Source: an uncultured Ignavibacteria bacterium (GTDB taxonomy: Bacteria; Zixibacteria; MSB-5A5; CAIYYT01). From it: a DNA stretch of 64,000 nt. The DNA lies in the NCBI GenBank assembly GCA_964576925.1, contig CAZNWJ010000001.1, forward strand, positions 91,915 through 155,914, written 5' to 3'. The notes under the pieces were generated by a model. It did not search any database. It saw only the letters and a program-made list of their open reading frames with translations, and was not told the origin of the DNA. This document shows positions 43,413 to 53,596 of this stretch, piece after piece. Position numbers and translations under genes: made by a program. Numbering within the stretch: the first letter of the stretch is position 1; each line of letters starts with the position of its first letter.

Positions 43413-46400
43413 AGTTTGACGAACTGAAGTCGAACCTCTCGTTGGCCAAGCTCGAGGAGGAGATCCTCAAGTATTGGGAAGAAAACGACACCTTCCATGC
43501 CGGCGTGCGCCTGCATCAGAATGCCCCGCGATTTACTTTCTACGAGGGTCCGCCGACGGCGAACGGCCGCCCCGGTATTCATCACGTCATCGCGCGCACC
43601 ACGAAGGACATGGTGTGCCGTTACAAGCAGATGCGCGGCTATCTCGTCGAGCGCAAGGGCGGCTGGGACACGCACGGCTTGCCGGTCGAAATCGAAGTCG
43701 AGAAGCAGCTGGGTTTGAAGTCCAAAGCCGAAGTCGAAAAATACGGGGTCGCTGAATTCAACAAGATGTGCCGCGAGTCGGTGTTCAAGTACGTCAACGA
43801 CTGGAACGCGATCACGCGCCGGATCGGCTATTGGGTCGATCTCGACAAGCCCTATATCACCTGCGAGAACTATTACATCGAATCGGTGTGGTGGATTCTG
43901 GCGCAGCTTTACAATCGCGGGCTGATGTACAAAGGCCACAAGATTCTGCCATACTGCCCTCGCTGCGGGACGGGGCTCTCATCGCACGAGGTCGCACAGG
44001 GCTACGAGGATGTAAAAGATCCTTCGATCTTTGTGCGTGCGGAATTGGTTGACGAGCCGGGCACGAAATTCCTTGTCTGGACAACGACGCCCTGGACGTT
44101 GATTTCCAACGTGGCGTTGGCCGTGTCGCCGGATGCCGACTATGTCAAAGTCAAACACGGCGACGAGAAGCTGATTTTGGCCGAAGCGCTGGTTGAGAAA
44201 GTTCTCGGCGGCCATGAAGTCGAGATTCTCGAGCGCTTCAAGGGCGCGACGCTGGAACGAAAGCAGTATAAGCCGTTCTTCCCGTATTTTGCCGGGAAGT
44301 ACGATGCGATCTACTATGTCACGCTCGCCGATTTTGTTACGCTGGAGGATGGCACGGGAATCGTGCACATGGCGCCGGCGTTTGGCGCAGATGACTATGC
44401 CATCGGCGTGAAATACGGTTTGCCGGTGATCCAGGCGGTTGAACCGGACGGGACTTTCCCCGCGGTCGTCATCGACTATGCCGGCAAGTTCATCAAAGAT
44501 GCCGATCCACAGATCATCAAAGACCTGGACAAGCGCGGCATTCTTTACAAGAAAGAGATTTACGAGCACTCTTACCCCTTTTGCTGGCGCTGTCATTCGC
44601 CGTTGATCTACTACGCCCGCAAATCGTGGTACATCAAGACCTCGGAGCACAAAGACCGTCTGCAGGCCCGCAACAGCGAGATTAATTGGGTGCCGCCGGA
44701 GATGGGAACCGGCCGCATGGGCGAGTGGCTAGCGAATAACGTCGACTGGGCGCTGTCGCGTGAGCGCTTCTGGGGCACGCCGCTGAATCTCTGGGTCTGC
44801 CAGTCGTGCGAGAAAGTCACCGCGGTCGACTCCGTGGCCATGCTTCGCAAGCTGGCGACCAACGCGCCGCAAGATCTTGATCTGCACAAGCCGCACGTGG
44901 ACAATCTCGAAGTGAAATGCGAGTGCGGCGGCCGCATGGTGCGCGAGCCGGAAGTCATCGATGTCTGGTTTGATTCCGGCGCAATGCCCTATGCCCAGTG
45001 GCACTATCCCTTCGAGAACAAGGAAGTCTTCGAGCGGAATTTTCCGGCGGACTTCATCTCAGAGGCCACCGACCAGACGCGCGGTTGGTTCTATTCGCTG
45101 TTGGCAATCAGCACGTTGCTCTTCGACAAGCCTGCTTATAAGAATGTCGCCGTGATGGGCTTCATTCTCGACAAGAAGGGCAAGAAGATGTCGAAGCATC
45201 TGAAGAACACGACGGATCCGTTTGACATTGTCGCCAAGTATGGCGCGGATGCCCTGCGCTGGTACTTATTGACGGTGAGCCCGCAACACCAGGTAACGCG
45301 CTTCGACATCGAAGGCGTCGCCGAAACGGAACGGAAGTTCTTTGACACGTTGAAGAACACTTATGCCTTCTTCGCGATCTACGCCAACATCGACGAGTTG
45401 AAAGAGCGCGCGCAGAGAGAGGCTGGCGGAAACCTGCGCCGGTTCCTTGAGTCGAAGGCAGGTGCGCCGGTAGAAATCGACCTTTGGCTGCAGTCGCGGC
45501 TGGAGACGGTCAAGAAGTTAGTAACCGAGGCGCTGGACGCGTACGATTTGACGCGCGCCTGCCGGGCGATTGAAGAATTCGTCATGGACGAACTCTCCAA
45601 CTGGTATGTGCGACGCTGCCGCAGACGGTACTGGGCATCGGGAGACACGCCGGACAAGTTTCGCGCGTACCTTGAACTCTATAGTGCTCTGGTTGATGTC
45701 TGTCTCTTGTCTGCTCCGACGGCGCCGTTTCTAAGCGAGCGGCTCTATCGCGAGCTGGGAGACGGCACATCGGTTCATCACCAAGCGTGGCCGAAGTTCG
45801 AAGAAACACGAATCAACCCGGCTCTGGAAGAACGTATGGAAGCGGCGATCAAACTGGTATCGTTGGGACGCGCAGCGCGCAACAGCGTCCAGATCAAGGT
45901 GCGCCAACCGCTGCAGGAGATGAAAGTCAAGCTTCCAGCCGGTATTGAAGAGAACAATGTCGAGCCGTTGACGTCCGTGATAGCCGAAGAGATCAATGTC
46001 AGGAAAGTGACATTTCTCAAGGACACGACCGAGGTGGCGGAATACAAGTTGTTGCCGAATTTCAAGGAACTGGGCCCCAAGGTCGGCGGGGCGATCAAGG
46101 CTGTGCAGGCAGCGCTGGCGCAGCTAACGGAAGCGGATATCAGAAAATTCCTCGCGCTCAAGGAGCTGAAGCTAACGGCAGACAGCCGTGTGTTTTCGTT
46201 CTCCGGCGATGAGATTCAGGTGCGTTTGACTGGTAAGGGTGGCTTCGCCGTAGCTGCCGACGGCGGCTACACGGTTGCATTGACGACCGAATTGACCGAA
46301 GAACTCCGCGACGAAGGTTTCGCGCGCGAGTTGGTCAACAAGATCCAGAATATGCGCAAGGATGCCGACTTCAATGTCACCGACACGATTGCGGTTACGA

Positions 46401-46561
46401 TTGCCGGCACGCCGCGGGTCACCGCCGCAGCGCAGAAACATCTGGATTACATCAAACAAGAGACGCTGGCGACCGATATCACATACGGTGAGCCCAAGGA
46501 CGGCATAATTCGCGAATGGGATATTAACGGCGAGCCGGCCAAGTTGGCGATTCAGCGATAG
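43409..46561 (+). CDS. ileS: Isoleucine--tRNA ligase (type 2/eukaryote-like)
   Basis: ORF 43319..46561. Probable TTG start (LKFDELKSNLSLAKLEEEILKYWEEND). HIGH region PGIHHVIAR, KMSKS KKMSKHLKN, CP1 editing domain, zinc CxxC pairs. About 1050 aa. Confidence 0.9.
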   Translation: MKFDELKSNLSLAKLEEEILKYWEENDTFHAGVRLHQNAPRFTFYEGPPTANGRPGIHHVIARTTKDMVCRYKQMRGYLVERKGGWDTHGLPVEIEVEKQLGLKSKAEVEKYGVAEFNKMCRESVFKYVNDWNAITRRIGYWVDLDKPYITCENYYIESVWWILAQLYNRGLMYKGHKILPYCPRCGTGLSSHEVAQGYEDVKDPSIFVRAELVDEPGTKFLVWTTTPWTLISNVALAVSPDADYVKVKHGDEKLILAEALVEKVLGGHEVEILERFKGATLERKQYKPFFPYFAGKYDAIYYVTLADFVTLEDGTGIVHMAPAFGADDYAIGVKYGLPVIQAVEPDGTFPAVVIDYAGKFIKDADPQIIKDLDKRGILYKKEIYEHSYPFCWRCHSPLIYYARKSWYIKTSEHKDRLQARNSEINWVPPEMGTGRMGEWLANNVDWALSRERFWGTPLNLWVCQSCEKVTAVDSVAMLRKLATNAPQDLDLHKPHVDNLEVKCECGGRMVREPEVIDVWFDSGAMPYAQWHYPFENKEVFERNFPADFISEATDQTRGWFYSLLAISTLLFDKPAYKNVAVMGFILDKKGKKMSKHLKNTTDPFDIVAKYGADALRWYLLTVSPQHQVTRFDIEGVAETERKFFDTLKNTYAFFAIYANIDELKERAQREAGGNLRRFLESKAGAPVEIDLWLQSRLETVKKLVTEALDAYDLTRACRAIEEFVMDELSNWYVRRCRRRYWASGDTPDKFRAYLELYSALVDVCLLSAPTAPFLSERLYRELGDGTSVHHQAWPKFEETRINPALEERMEAAIKLVSLGRAARNSVQIKVRQPLQEMKVKLPAGIEENNVEPLTSVIAEEINVRKVTFLKDTTEVAEYKLLPNFKELGPKVGGAIKAVQAALAQLTEADIRKFLALKELKLTADSRVFSFSGDEIQVRLTGKGGFAVAADGGYTVALTTELTEELRDEGFARELVNKIQNMRKDADFNVTDTIAVTIAGTPRVTAAAQKHLDYIKQETLATDITYGEPKDGIIREWDINGEPAKLAIQR

Positions 46562-46643
46562 AATTCTATTGTTGAATCCTGTCACAGGCGATTTCTTTCG
46601 CAGATGGTACGAGAACGGAAGGCTCTCAGTCGGAAACTGAACG

Positions 46644-47042
46644 ATGCGTAAACGAGACCTGGAGAAATTCGAGAAACAACTGCTTGCCCGCCGGGAGGAG
46701 TTGGTCAAGGACATGGAGAATTTCAAGGACACGTCGCTCAGCACTACCACCAAGGATGCGACCGGCGACCACTCCAGCTACTCGTTCCATATGGCTGACC
46801 AGGGCACCGATGCCGAAGAGCGGGAGAAGGCTTTTATGCTGGCTTCGAAGACCGGCAGGCTGCTCTACCATATTGACGAAGCCCTGCGGCGAATCAAAGA
46901 CAACACCTACGGCAAATGCATAAAGTGCGGTAAGCAGATTTCGGTCGCCCGATTGCAGGCCGTGCCGCACGCGCGATACTGCATCGACTGCAAGTCGCGT
47001 GAAGAAGAAGAAAAAGCTGCGAAGATTATTCCGCGCCAATAA
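46644..47042 (+). CDS. DksA/TraR family C4-type zinc finger protein
   Basis: C-terminal CIKCGKQISVARLQAVPHARYCIDCK (C4 finger). Coiled-coil N-terminus. Located between ileS and lspA. Confidence 0.7.
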   Translation: MRKRDLEKFEKQLLARREELVKDMENFKDTSLSTTTKDATGDHSSYSFHMADQGTDAEEREKAFMLASKTGRLLYHIDEALRRIKDNTYGKCIKCGKQISVARLQAVPHARYCIDCKSREEEEKAAKIIPRQ

Positions 47043-47046
47043 CTCG

Positions 47047-47640
47047 ATGCCACTTCCCGAATCTCTGCGCTGGTCACCGGCAAATCGCTACCTGCTGCTA
47101 TTGTCATCGATTTCGGGCTTGGTTTACCTGCTCGACCAGTTCACCAAAGAGGCCGCGCTTAAGTTCCTTAGTCCCGTGTCACACACGCCGATTTTCGGCG
47201 ACCTCCTGCGGTTTACGTTGGTATTTAACGAAGGCGGCGCGTTTTCGACGCGATTAGGTTCAGCCTACTTCTATACGTTTGCCTCGGTACTGGTCATGAT
47301 CATAGTGGTCATTGTACTATACCGTGACGCTGGCAAAAACCGCATACTGGATACCGCCCTCGCGCTGGTTCTCGGCGGGGCCCTGGGGAATCTGACCGAC
47401 CGTTTGCGCTTTGGCGCCGTGGTTGATTTCATAGACTTTGACTTTCCTGATATTGCATTGGCTCCGGGCAAGCTTCTCTTCTTCGACTTTCCGGGCTACT
47501 CGCTCGACCGCTGGCCGGTATTCAACATCGCGGACTCAGCCGTGTCGGTCGGCATGGTTCTCCTGGTGATTGCCCTGCTGGTCGATTCGCGAAAAAGGCA
47601 GTGTGTCGTTAATCCAGTTGACAATTCCACGACTGCCTGA
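47047..47640 (+). CDS. lspA: Lipoprotein signal peptidase II
   Basis: ORF 46999..47640, ATG at 47047. ...LLLSSISGLVYLLDQFTK..., NEGGAFS, FNIADSAVSVG motifs. Conserved ileS-lspA linkage. Confidence 0.8.
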   Translation: MPLPESLRWSPANRYLLLLSSISGLVYLLDQFTKEAALKFLSPVSHTPIFGDLLRFTLVFNEGGAFSTRLGSAYFYTFASVLVMIIVVIVLYRDAGKNRILDTALALVLGGALGNLTDRLRFGAVVDFIDFDFPDIALAPGKLLFFDFPGYSLDRWPVFNIADSAVSVGMVLLVIALLVDSRKRQCVVNPVDNSTTA

Positions 47641-48568
47641 GTCACAGCGACTCGATCTCTACCTGGCACAAGCGAACCTCGGGTTGTCGCGCAGCCGGAT
47701 CAAGCGGCTGTTCGGCGAAAAGCGTGTGACGATGAACGGGCAATGGGTGCGGGTATCGTTTCAGGTGAGCGGCGGCGAGAAGATCGAAATCGATGTTCCC
47801 GATGAAAAACGCATTGCGTTCGCCGCCGAGGAAATCGACCTCGAAATCGTCTATGAAGATGACGTTCTGGCCGTCGTCAATAAGCCGGCCGGATTGGTAA
47901 CGCACCCGGCGCCCGGCAACGAATCCGGCACTCTCGCCAACGCTCTCCTGCATCACTTCACAGATCTTTCAACGGGCTACGCCAAAGGCTTTCCGGGACT
48001 AGTGCACCGGTTGGACAAGAATACCAGCGGCCTGATGGTTGTCGCCAAGAGCGATACCGTCCAGCGTGATCTGGCACAACAACTGATGAAGCGATCTCTG
48101 CGACGGGAGTATTGGGCACTAATCTGGGGCAAGTTCAAAGAGCCCGCGGGACGAATTGATCTGGCGATTGGGCGGTCTCGGACTGATCGCAGAATAATGA
48201 CCTCAGGAAGTCCCAAGCCACGCGAAGCCGTCACGCACTACGAGACAATCGAGGAGTTCTTGATCTTTAGCTTGCTTAAAATCCATCTGGAGACCGGCCG
48301 CACCCACCAGATCCGCACGCACCTCAAGGAATCGGGGCACCCGGTTCTGGGCGATCCCGAATATGGCGGACGGGAGAACCGGCTATCAGGAATCGAGGCG
48401 AGGCACCGCGCCTTCGTGGGCAAGCTTCTGGAACTGACTGGGCGCCAAATGTTGCACGCCAAGCGGCTAAAGTTCGTCCATCCGGTCACCGGAAAATCGG
48501 TTGACTTCGAAGTCGATTTACCGGATGATTTTAAGCAAGTACTGGACTACGTGCGTCAGTATCGGTAG
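47570..48568 (+). CDS. rluD: RluA-family 23S rRNA pseudouridine synthase (RluD-like)
   Basis: S4-like N-terminus (QRLDLYLAQ...SRSRIKRLF) and catalytic HRLDKNTSGLMVVAKSD. Start ambiguous (ATG 47570, GTG 47603 or TTG 47618; all overlap lspA). Confidence 0.75.
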   Translation: MPCWSIREKGSVSLIQLTIPRLPESQRLDLYLAQANLGLSRSRIKRLFGEKRVTMNGQWVRVSFQVSGGEKIEIDVPDEKRIAFAAEEIDLEIVYEDDVLAVVNKPAGLVTHPAPGNESGTLANALLHHFTDLSTGYAKGFPGLVHRLDKNTSGLMVVAKSDTVQRDLAQQLMKRSLRREYWALIWGKFKEPAGRIDLAIGRSRTDRRIMTSGSPKPREAVTHYETIEEFLIFSLLKIHLETGRTHQIRTHLKESGHPVLGDPEYGGRENRLSGIEARHRAFVGKLLELTGRQMLHAKRLKFVHPVTGKSVDFEVDLPDDFKQVLDYVRQYR

Positions 48569-48580
48569 GAAAGGAAGACT

Positions 48581-49984
48581 ATGCGCAAAACTGTAACGAT
48601 GCTGTTGCTCCTCGCGTGCGGCTTGTTATTCCTGCCGTCGACGCCGATAGATGCTGCCCGTAAACCTCGTCCCTGGCCGGAGATCAACCTGTCAACCTTG
48701 CCTTCGGTTGTCGGCATGCCGAATTCGTGGCCCTTTGAGATTCAGCACCGCAGTGCAGTCTACCTCGCCGACTTGGATAAGCTCCATGTCGCGGTGAGCT
48801 ACGGTCGCGGCCGGAATGACAACGATTTGAATCCGCTATCTGGCAACATTGCCGGTCGTTATGGATATTCATTCTATCGCAGAATTGACTACTCCATCGA
48901 CAACATCAAGCTCGATGTCTACTCGCACCTTGGTAAGCGCACGTTCGGTTCGCTCTGGGCCACCTATGGCGAAGATGAGAACCGCGACAGCAAGTCTGCC
49001 TTCTTGGAAGCCGAGCCCAATCGTGTTGAAGTTCGATCAGCTTTTGCCTGGAATTTCAAACCCGGTTGGACCGCTGCTGCTGCCGGATCATTTTCGAACT
49101 ATCCGTATGCGTATGTGTTTGCGCTGCAGCCGTCAGGCTCAAGCCCAGCGGATTCGCAGTTTATGCTGCCGGCCAATGTTGGGGAGCATTTCACCGGTAT
49201 TGTCGATGTGATGAACCGGACACAGAAGAACCTCGAATTGATTTTCGGGGCCGAGTTTCACGCCCACTACACGAAGTTTGCCGCACCGGATCCGCCGGAT
49301 GGCGCAAACTACCGCGATACCTCGGAGGTCAAGGAGTACATTTACAGCACAGCTCCGCGCCTGATTGTCAGGAAGACTTTTTCAACCGGCGATTACCTGC
49401 GCGCCGGAGCTTCTGTCTACTTCAATCTCATCGACTACCAATATGCCGGAGCAGGACGGTGGGAGTATCCGTCGTTGGGAATTCCCTCATATCGTACGCA
49501 AACGCTTCTCTCGATGGTTCCCAAGTGGAATTTCTACATCGATGGCAGCAGGCTGTTGGGCGCCAACACGGTCTTTTATTCGGCGCTTCAGTTCACCGGT
49601 TACCCCAATCGATTGACCCGCGAGGACACGGACTTCGTTCCGGTCGATCTTTCGCTCCTCGATGTGGACAACATCACGACTGTGGCTTGGACGGCCGATA
49701 TCTCGAGCAAGCTGACTCGCATCTTCCATGGATCGATCGGTTTCACGTTGCGCTATCTCGATACCGGCTTCTCAAGCGACCTTGATCCGGCAACGACGCC
49801 GGCCGATGACCGCAAGCTCTATCCCAGCTTGCACGTTGGCACACAAACCCGTTTCTACAAGAGCTTGTGGTGGTCGGTTCGAGTGAACGATTTCCACTTG
49901 TACACTTCGGAAGAGGTGGGCACGGCTCCGCTTTTCGAAAACCGCTTCTATTTCGAGACAGAGATTCTGTTTCTCGGCCTGTAG
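48581..49984 (+). CDS. Putative outer-membrane beta-barrel protein
   Basis: Signal peptide MRKTVTMLLLLACGLLFLPSTPIDA. Alternating amphipathic strands. C-terminal ...YFETEILFLGL. No family recognised. Confidence 0.45.
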   Translation: MRKTVTMLLLLACGLLFLPSTPIDAARKPRPWPEINLSTLPSVVGMPNSWPFEIQHRSAVYLADLDKLHVAVSYGRGRNDNDLNPLSGNIAGRYGYSFYRRIDYSIDNIKLDVYSHLGKRTFGSLWATYGEDENRDSKSAFLEAEPNRVEVRSAFAWNFKPGWTAAAAGSFSNYPYAYVFALQPSGSSPADSQFMLPANVGEHFTGIVDVMNRTQKNLELIFGAEFHAHYTKFAAPDPPDGANYRDTSEVKEYIYSTAPRLIVRKTFSTGDYLRAGASVYFNLIDYQYAGAGRWEYPSLGIPSYRTQTLLSMVPKWNFYIDGSRLLGANTVFYSALQFTGYPNRLTREDTDFVPVDLSLLDVDNITTVAWTADISSKLTRIFHGSIGFTLRYLDTGFSSDLDPATTPADDRKLYPSLHVGTQTRFYKSLWWSVRVNDFHLYTSEEVGTAPLFENRFYFETEILFLGL

Positions 49985-50081
49985 GTAAGCAGACAGTCCA
50001 GCCAGCTGACAAACTTCGAAGCAAACAAAAAGGGCACGCGGTAGCGTGCCCTTCTCTGTTGCGATTGTCAACGACTGCCGA

Positions 50082-52376
50082 CTACCAGCGCACCAGTCGT
50101 TCGGCTTCGGCCATGATCTGGTCGATTTGCGGCAGACAGGCGCGGTCACCATCAGGGCCGTAGGCGATACGGACATCCGGCGGAGTGATCATGCCGATCG
50201 GGGCATCGAGATAACCGAATGCTTCTGAAGTCGTAATGACCGCAGCGATCGTCGCGCCGGTGCCGCCGGGGAAGCGATCTTCCGAGACGATCAATACTCG
50301 CCCGCAATCTATCGCTGCCTGGCGAATGGTCTCTTCGTCCATCGGTTTGAGCGTGCGCAGGTCGATGACGCGGGCATTGATGCCCTTCTCAGCCAGCAAC
50401 TCAGCAGCCTTCAGCGACATCGGCAGCGTAATGCCATACGATATAATCGCCAGATCCGAATCCTGATCGCGGTAGGTCTTAGCCTGGCCGAACGGAATCG
50501 TGAAGTCGAGTGCCGGATACGGCCGCTCGATAACCACACCGTCCCAATCGCGACGATTATAGAGCGCCACGGCCTCGCAGAAGAGCACCGGGTCTTTGCA
50601 ACCAACGGCTGTGCGGAAGAGCCCAACGGCGTCTTCAGCGTTGGAAGCGCAGACAACATGTAGGCCTGGGATGTTCAGGAAAGTTCCGAGATTGGCCTCG
50701 GAGTGCCAGAACGACCCTGCGCCCTGTTTGTATCCACCATAGGAACAGCGGATGACCATGTCGGCATGTTCCTGTTTCTTCGAGCGCTGATGAAGCGTGC
50801 AGATGCGGTCCTTCAGGTGCTGGTAGGCCGGCGACATATAGTCGATGAACTGGATCTCCGGCAGCGCCTTGCGCCCCTGGTAGGCATGACCGGACGCTTT
50901 GCCGAGAATGCCGGCTTCGTCAAGCGGAGTGTTGAACACACGATTGACGCCGAAGGCGCGCTGCAGACCCTGGGACACGAGAAAGACACCGCCCTTACCC
51001 TTCAGAATCTTCTGCTCTTCCGTGTTGAACTTCATCTTACCGGAGAAATCGGCGACGTCTTCACCAAAGAGAACCACGTCGGGCGTCAACAGGAAGGTGT
51101 CAAACAACGCATAGTTCATCGCACGGCGGAGCGTCATCGGCCCGAGATTCTCTGGAAGTTCGGCCGATGGGCGGGCACCCATTTCGTGATATTTCTTGTA
51201 CTCTTTCTTGCGGTCACCCTTATAGGCGTTGACGTACTTGTTCCAGCGTTCCTTGGCGTTGTCGTAAGTGTAGTCGGTGACAAGGCTGATGACAAAGTCG
51301 CGGGTCTTAAGCTGACGATCGGCAACGACCTCAGCAGAGATCTTCGAGACTTCAGCGTCGTACTTTTCGTACATCCCCTTGATCTGGTCGGCGGTAAGCA
51401 CTCCGTCTTCGATCAAGACCTTGGCGGCCTTGAGAATCGGGTCGTTGGTGTAGTGCCATTTTTGTTCAGCCAGCGCCATATAGAATGACTGGTCGTCGGA
51501 ACCGGAGTGGCTTTCTTCGCGCACGACACGAATATTGGAAAGCACCGGTCCCTTACCGGAACGGGCGTACTCGATATTCTCTTTTTGGTGCTTGAGCACT
51601 TCTTTAATCTCAGTGCCGTCGAAGTGGTCAATCTTCAGCCCGAAGCGCTGATACCCCTCGAACGGCGAAGTCGGATCGCCATCGGGGAACTGCTCTTCCA
51701 CCGAGACCGAGATTGCCCAGCCACAATTGTAGATTGCGAAGATGTTGCGAGTCTTGTCAAACACGGAATAGAAGACCGCGCGGGCGAATTCGGCTTCCGA
51801 AGTCGAACCCTCGCCAATCGACGTGTAGACGACGGCGTCTTTCGGCCAGCGACCGCCGGGGTAACGCGCCTGCTGCGAAATCGGCGTCGGGTTCTTGATC
51901 GCTTCTCCAAGCCCGGCTGCTTCGAGGGCGTGCGCGCCGGTCGGAGAAGCCTGCGGCAAAATCGACTCTTTGGCGTGTGCCGCATGGTGGTGCTGGATCA
52001 TGCCGCCGGTTGAAGATGAGCGCGGATCGCCAATCGCTTCGAGCATTTTCTGCCGGATATCGATGCCGCGGGTCAGATCCAGAGTCATGTTACGATAGTA
52101 ACCGAAGAACGGATCGTCCTGGCGCAGCAGAAAGCCGGTACAGGCATCGAGGAGTTCCTTGCCGGAGGACCCGATGAAGAAATAGCATTCGCCGCGACGG
52201 GTGAGGAGTTTCTCCTCAATCAGGATGCGCCGCGACTTGATCATGATGTCGAAGATGTACTCGAGGTCCTTGGCGGAAAGTCCGGAATACTCTTTCAACG
52301 GCTTATCGCGGTCGGTGATGTACTTACCGACCTTGTCAAAGGTCTCAACTTGTTGTAGTATTTCTTTAATATCCAA
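50082..52376 (-). CDS. 2-oxoacid dehydrogenase E1 component, fused alpha/beta subunits (TPP-dependent)
   Basis: 764 aa. N-terminal E1-alpha TPP-binding region. C-terminal E1-beta/transketolase-like region (...IRCSYGGYKQGAGSFWHSEANLGTFLNIPGLHVVCASNAEDAVGLF...). Confidence 0.75.
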   Translation of the reverse strand: MDIKEILQQVETFDKVGKYITDRDKPLKEYSGLSAKDLEYIFDIMIKSRRILIEEKLLTRRGECYFFIGSSGKELLDACTGFLLRQDDPFFGYYRNMTLDLTRGIDIRQKMLEAIGDPRSSSTGGMIQHHHAAHAKESILPQASPTGAHALEAAGLGEAIKNPTPISQQARYPGGRWPKDAVVYTSIGEGSTSEAEFARAVFYSVFDKTRNIFAIYNCGWAISVSVEEQFPDGDPTSPFEGYQRFGLKIDHFDGTEIKEVLKHQKENIEYARSGKGPVLSNIRVVREESHSGSDDQSFYMALAEQKWHYTNDPILKAAKVLIEDGVLTADQIKGMYEKYDAEVSKISAEVVADRQLKTRDFVISLVTDYTYDNAKERWNKYVNAYKGDRKKEYKKYHEMGARPSAELPENLGPMTLRRAMNYALFDTFLLTPDVVLFGEDVADFSGKMKFNTEEQKILKGKGGVFLVSQGLQRAFGVNRVFNTPLDEAGILGKASGHAYQGRKALPEIQFIDYMSPAYQHLKDRICTLHQRSKKQEHADMVIRCSYGGYKQGAGSFWHSEANLGTFLNIPGLHVVCASNAEDAVGLFRTAVGCKDPVLFCEAVALYNRRDWDGVVIERPYPALDFTIPFGQAKTYRDQDSDLAIISYGITLPMSLKAAELLAEKGINARVIDLRTLKPMDEETIRQAAIDCGRVLIVSEDRFPGGTGATIAAVITTSEAFGYLDAPIGMITPPDVRIAYGPDGDRACLPQIDQIMAEAERLVRW

Positions 52377-52586
52377 GGTTCTCCTACCTTTCCAGGAGGT
52401 AAACGAAAATTCGAAAATAAGTACGTAAGTTACTGCCCGTTAGCTAAATCTCAAAGTGATTTTTTGGCTGGTGCAGAGCCAATAAGGACTTGAGCGACCC
52501 ATTTATTTGTGCCAGGCCGCGCCGACAACCGCCCCAACTTTCTGCCCTCCAAGCGTTTCTTTGTGCCGATAAGATTTGCAGTCAAA

Positions 52587-52627
52587 CGCTCACTCCCATT
52601 GACTCCCAAGGTTGATGGGAGTGAGCG
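52587..52627 (-). terminator. Hairpin CGCTCACTCCCAT-N15-ATGGGAGTGAGCG downstream of OMP gene
   Basis: 13-bp perfect inverted repeat 19 nt after the minus-strand stop at 52646. T-rich on the minus strand after the stem (TTTGACTGCAAATCTT). Confidence 0.5.
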
Positions 52628-52645
52628 ATTGGACCGCCACGTAGA

Positions 52646-53365
52646 TTAGAAGTAGACGGATAGTCCGAGGCGGACCGAGGTCGCGTCGACATTGATCCCC
52701 TTAGACTCCTGCAGACGAGTCACGACTCGCGAGTAGCTACTTCCGGCCAAGTTGTCGCTTCGCACGTTTTCCTGCTCCATCCAGCCATAGACTACCTGCA
52801 ATCCGTATTCGCCGAGAAGCCCGAAGGACCGATGAGGCCTCCACTCGGCACCGATGGTCATCACCGCTCCGACCGAGAGATCATTGAGTTCTTCTTCCGT
52901 GCGGCTCCGGCCGCTCGTCTCGATGGTAGACTCCGATGTGCGATGAGCATAGGTGACAATTGGACCCAGCCCGGCATAGCCGAACGATTTGCCAATTTGC
53001 CCGATTTGTCGCAATATCTGCCATCGCGCCGAAATCGAGTAACGGCTGCTGGATTCGGCGCGACTCACGACGATGGTCGTATCGTTTCCGTTTGTGTAGT
53101 CCCGGATTTCACTTTCGCTGGCTTTGGTTCCGGGATCAAGCGAGAGACTCAGTCCCAGGCGCCACCCGGAGGTCTCAGTCACCATCTTCTTGATCGAAAC
53201 GACGGAGCCCAGATAACTGAATATTTGCTCGTCAGCGACGGCAAATTGAAGCGCCCAGCGGGCAGGCTTCTGTGTGCCGCTGGAATCGGCAGAAGTTTGT
53301 CCGAACAAGGATGATGCACCCAGCACCAGCAATACTGCCAGTGCAGCAACGGTCATGCGGTTCAT
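52646..53365 (-). CDS. Outer-membrane beta-barrel protein (OmpW/porin-like)
   Basis: ORF 52646..53440, start MNRMTVAALAVLLVLGASSLFGQ (signal). C-terminal ...VRLGLSVYF (terminal Phe). Confidence 0.55.
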   Translation of the reverse strand: MNRMTVAALAVLLVLGASSLFGQTSADSSGTQKPARWALQFAVADEQIFSYLGSVVSIKKMVTETSGWRLGLSLSLDPGTKASESEIRDYTNGNDTTIVVSRAESSSRYSISARWQILRQIGQIGKSFGYAGLGPIVTYAHRTSESTIETSGRSRTEEELNDLSVGAVMTIGAEWRPHRSFGLLGEYGLQVVYGWMEQENVRSDNLAGSSYSRVVTRLQESKGINVDATSVRLGLSVYF

Positions 53366-53596
53366 TTTGTCCTCCCGTGCGGTTTCTGATATTGAGAATA
53401 TCCCTTTGCTCAGGCAGTCAGCCATTCTTAGAGCAGACAACTGTCCCGAACATCGTGAATTCTATCGACAATGTCAACAACACATTGATTCAGCCAGAAG
53501 GAGTACACGCGTCGTTGCGATATATTCCGAAGAACGTGTGATGGCGAGGAGTGATCCTCGGGGTTAGGTTCTGGTTTGGCCAGGAGTTAATAAGAC

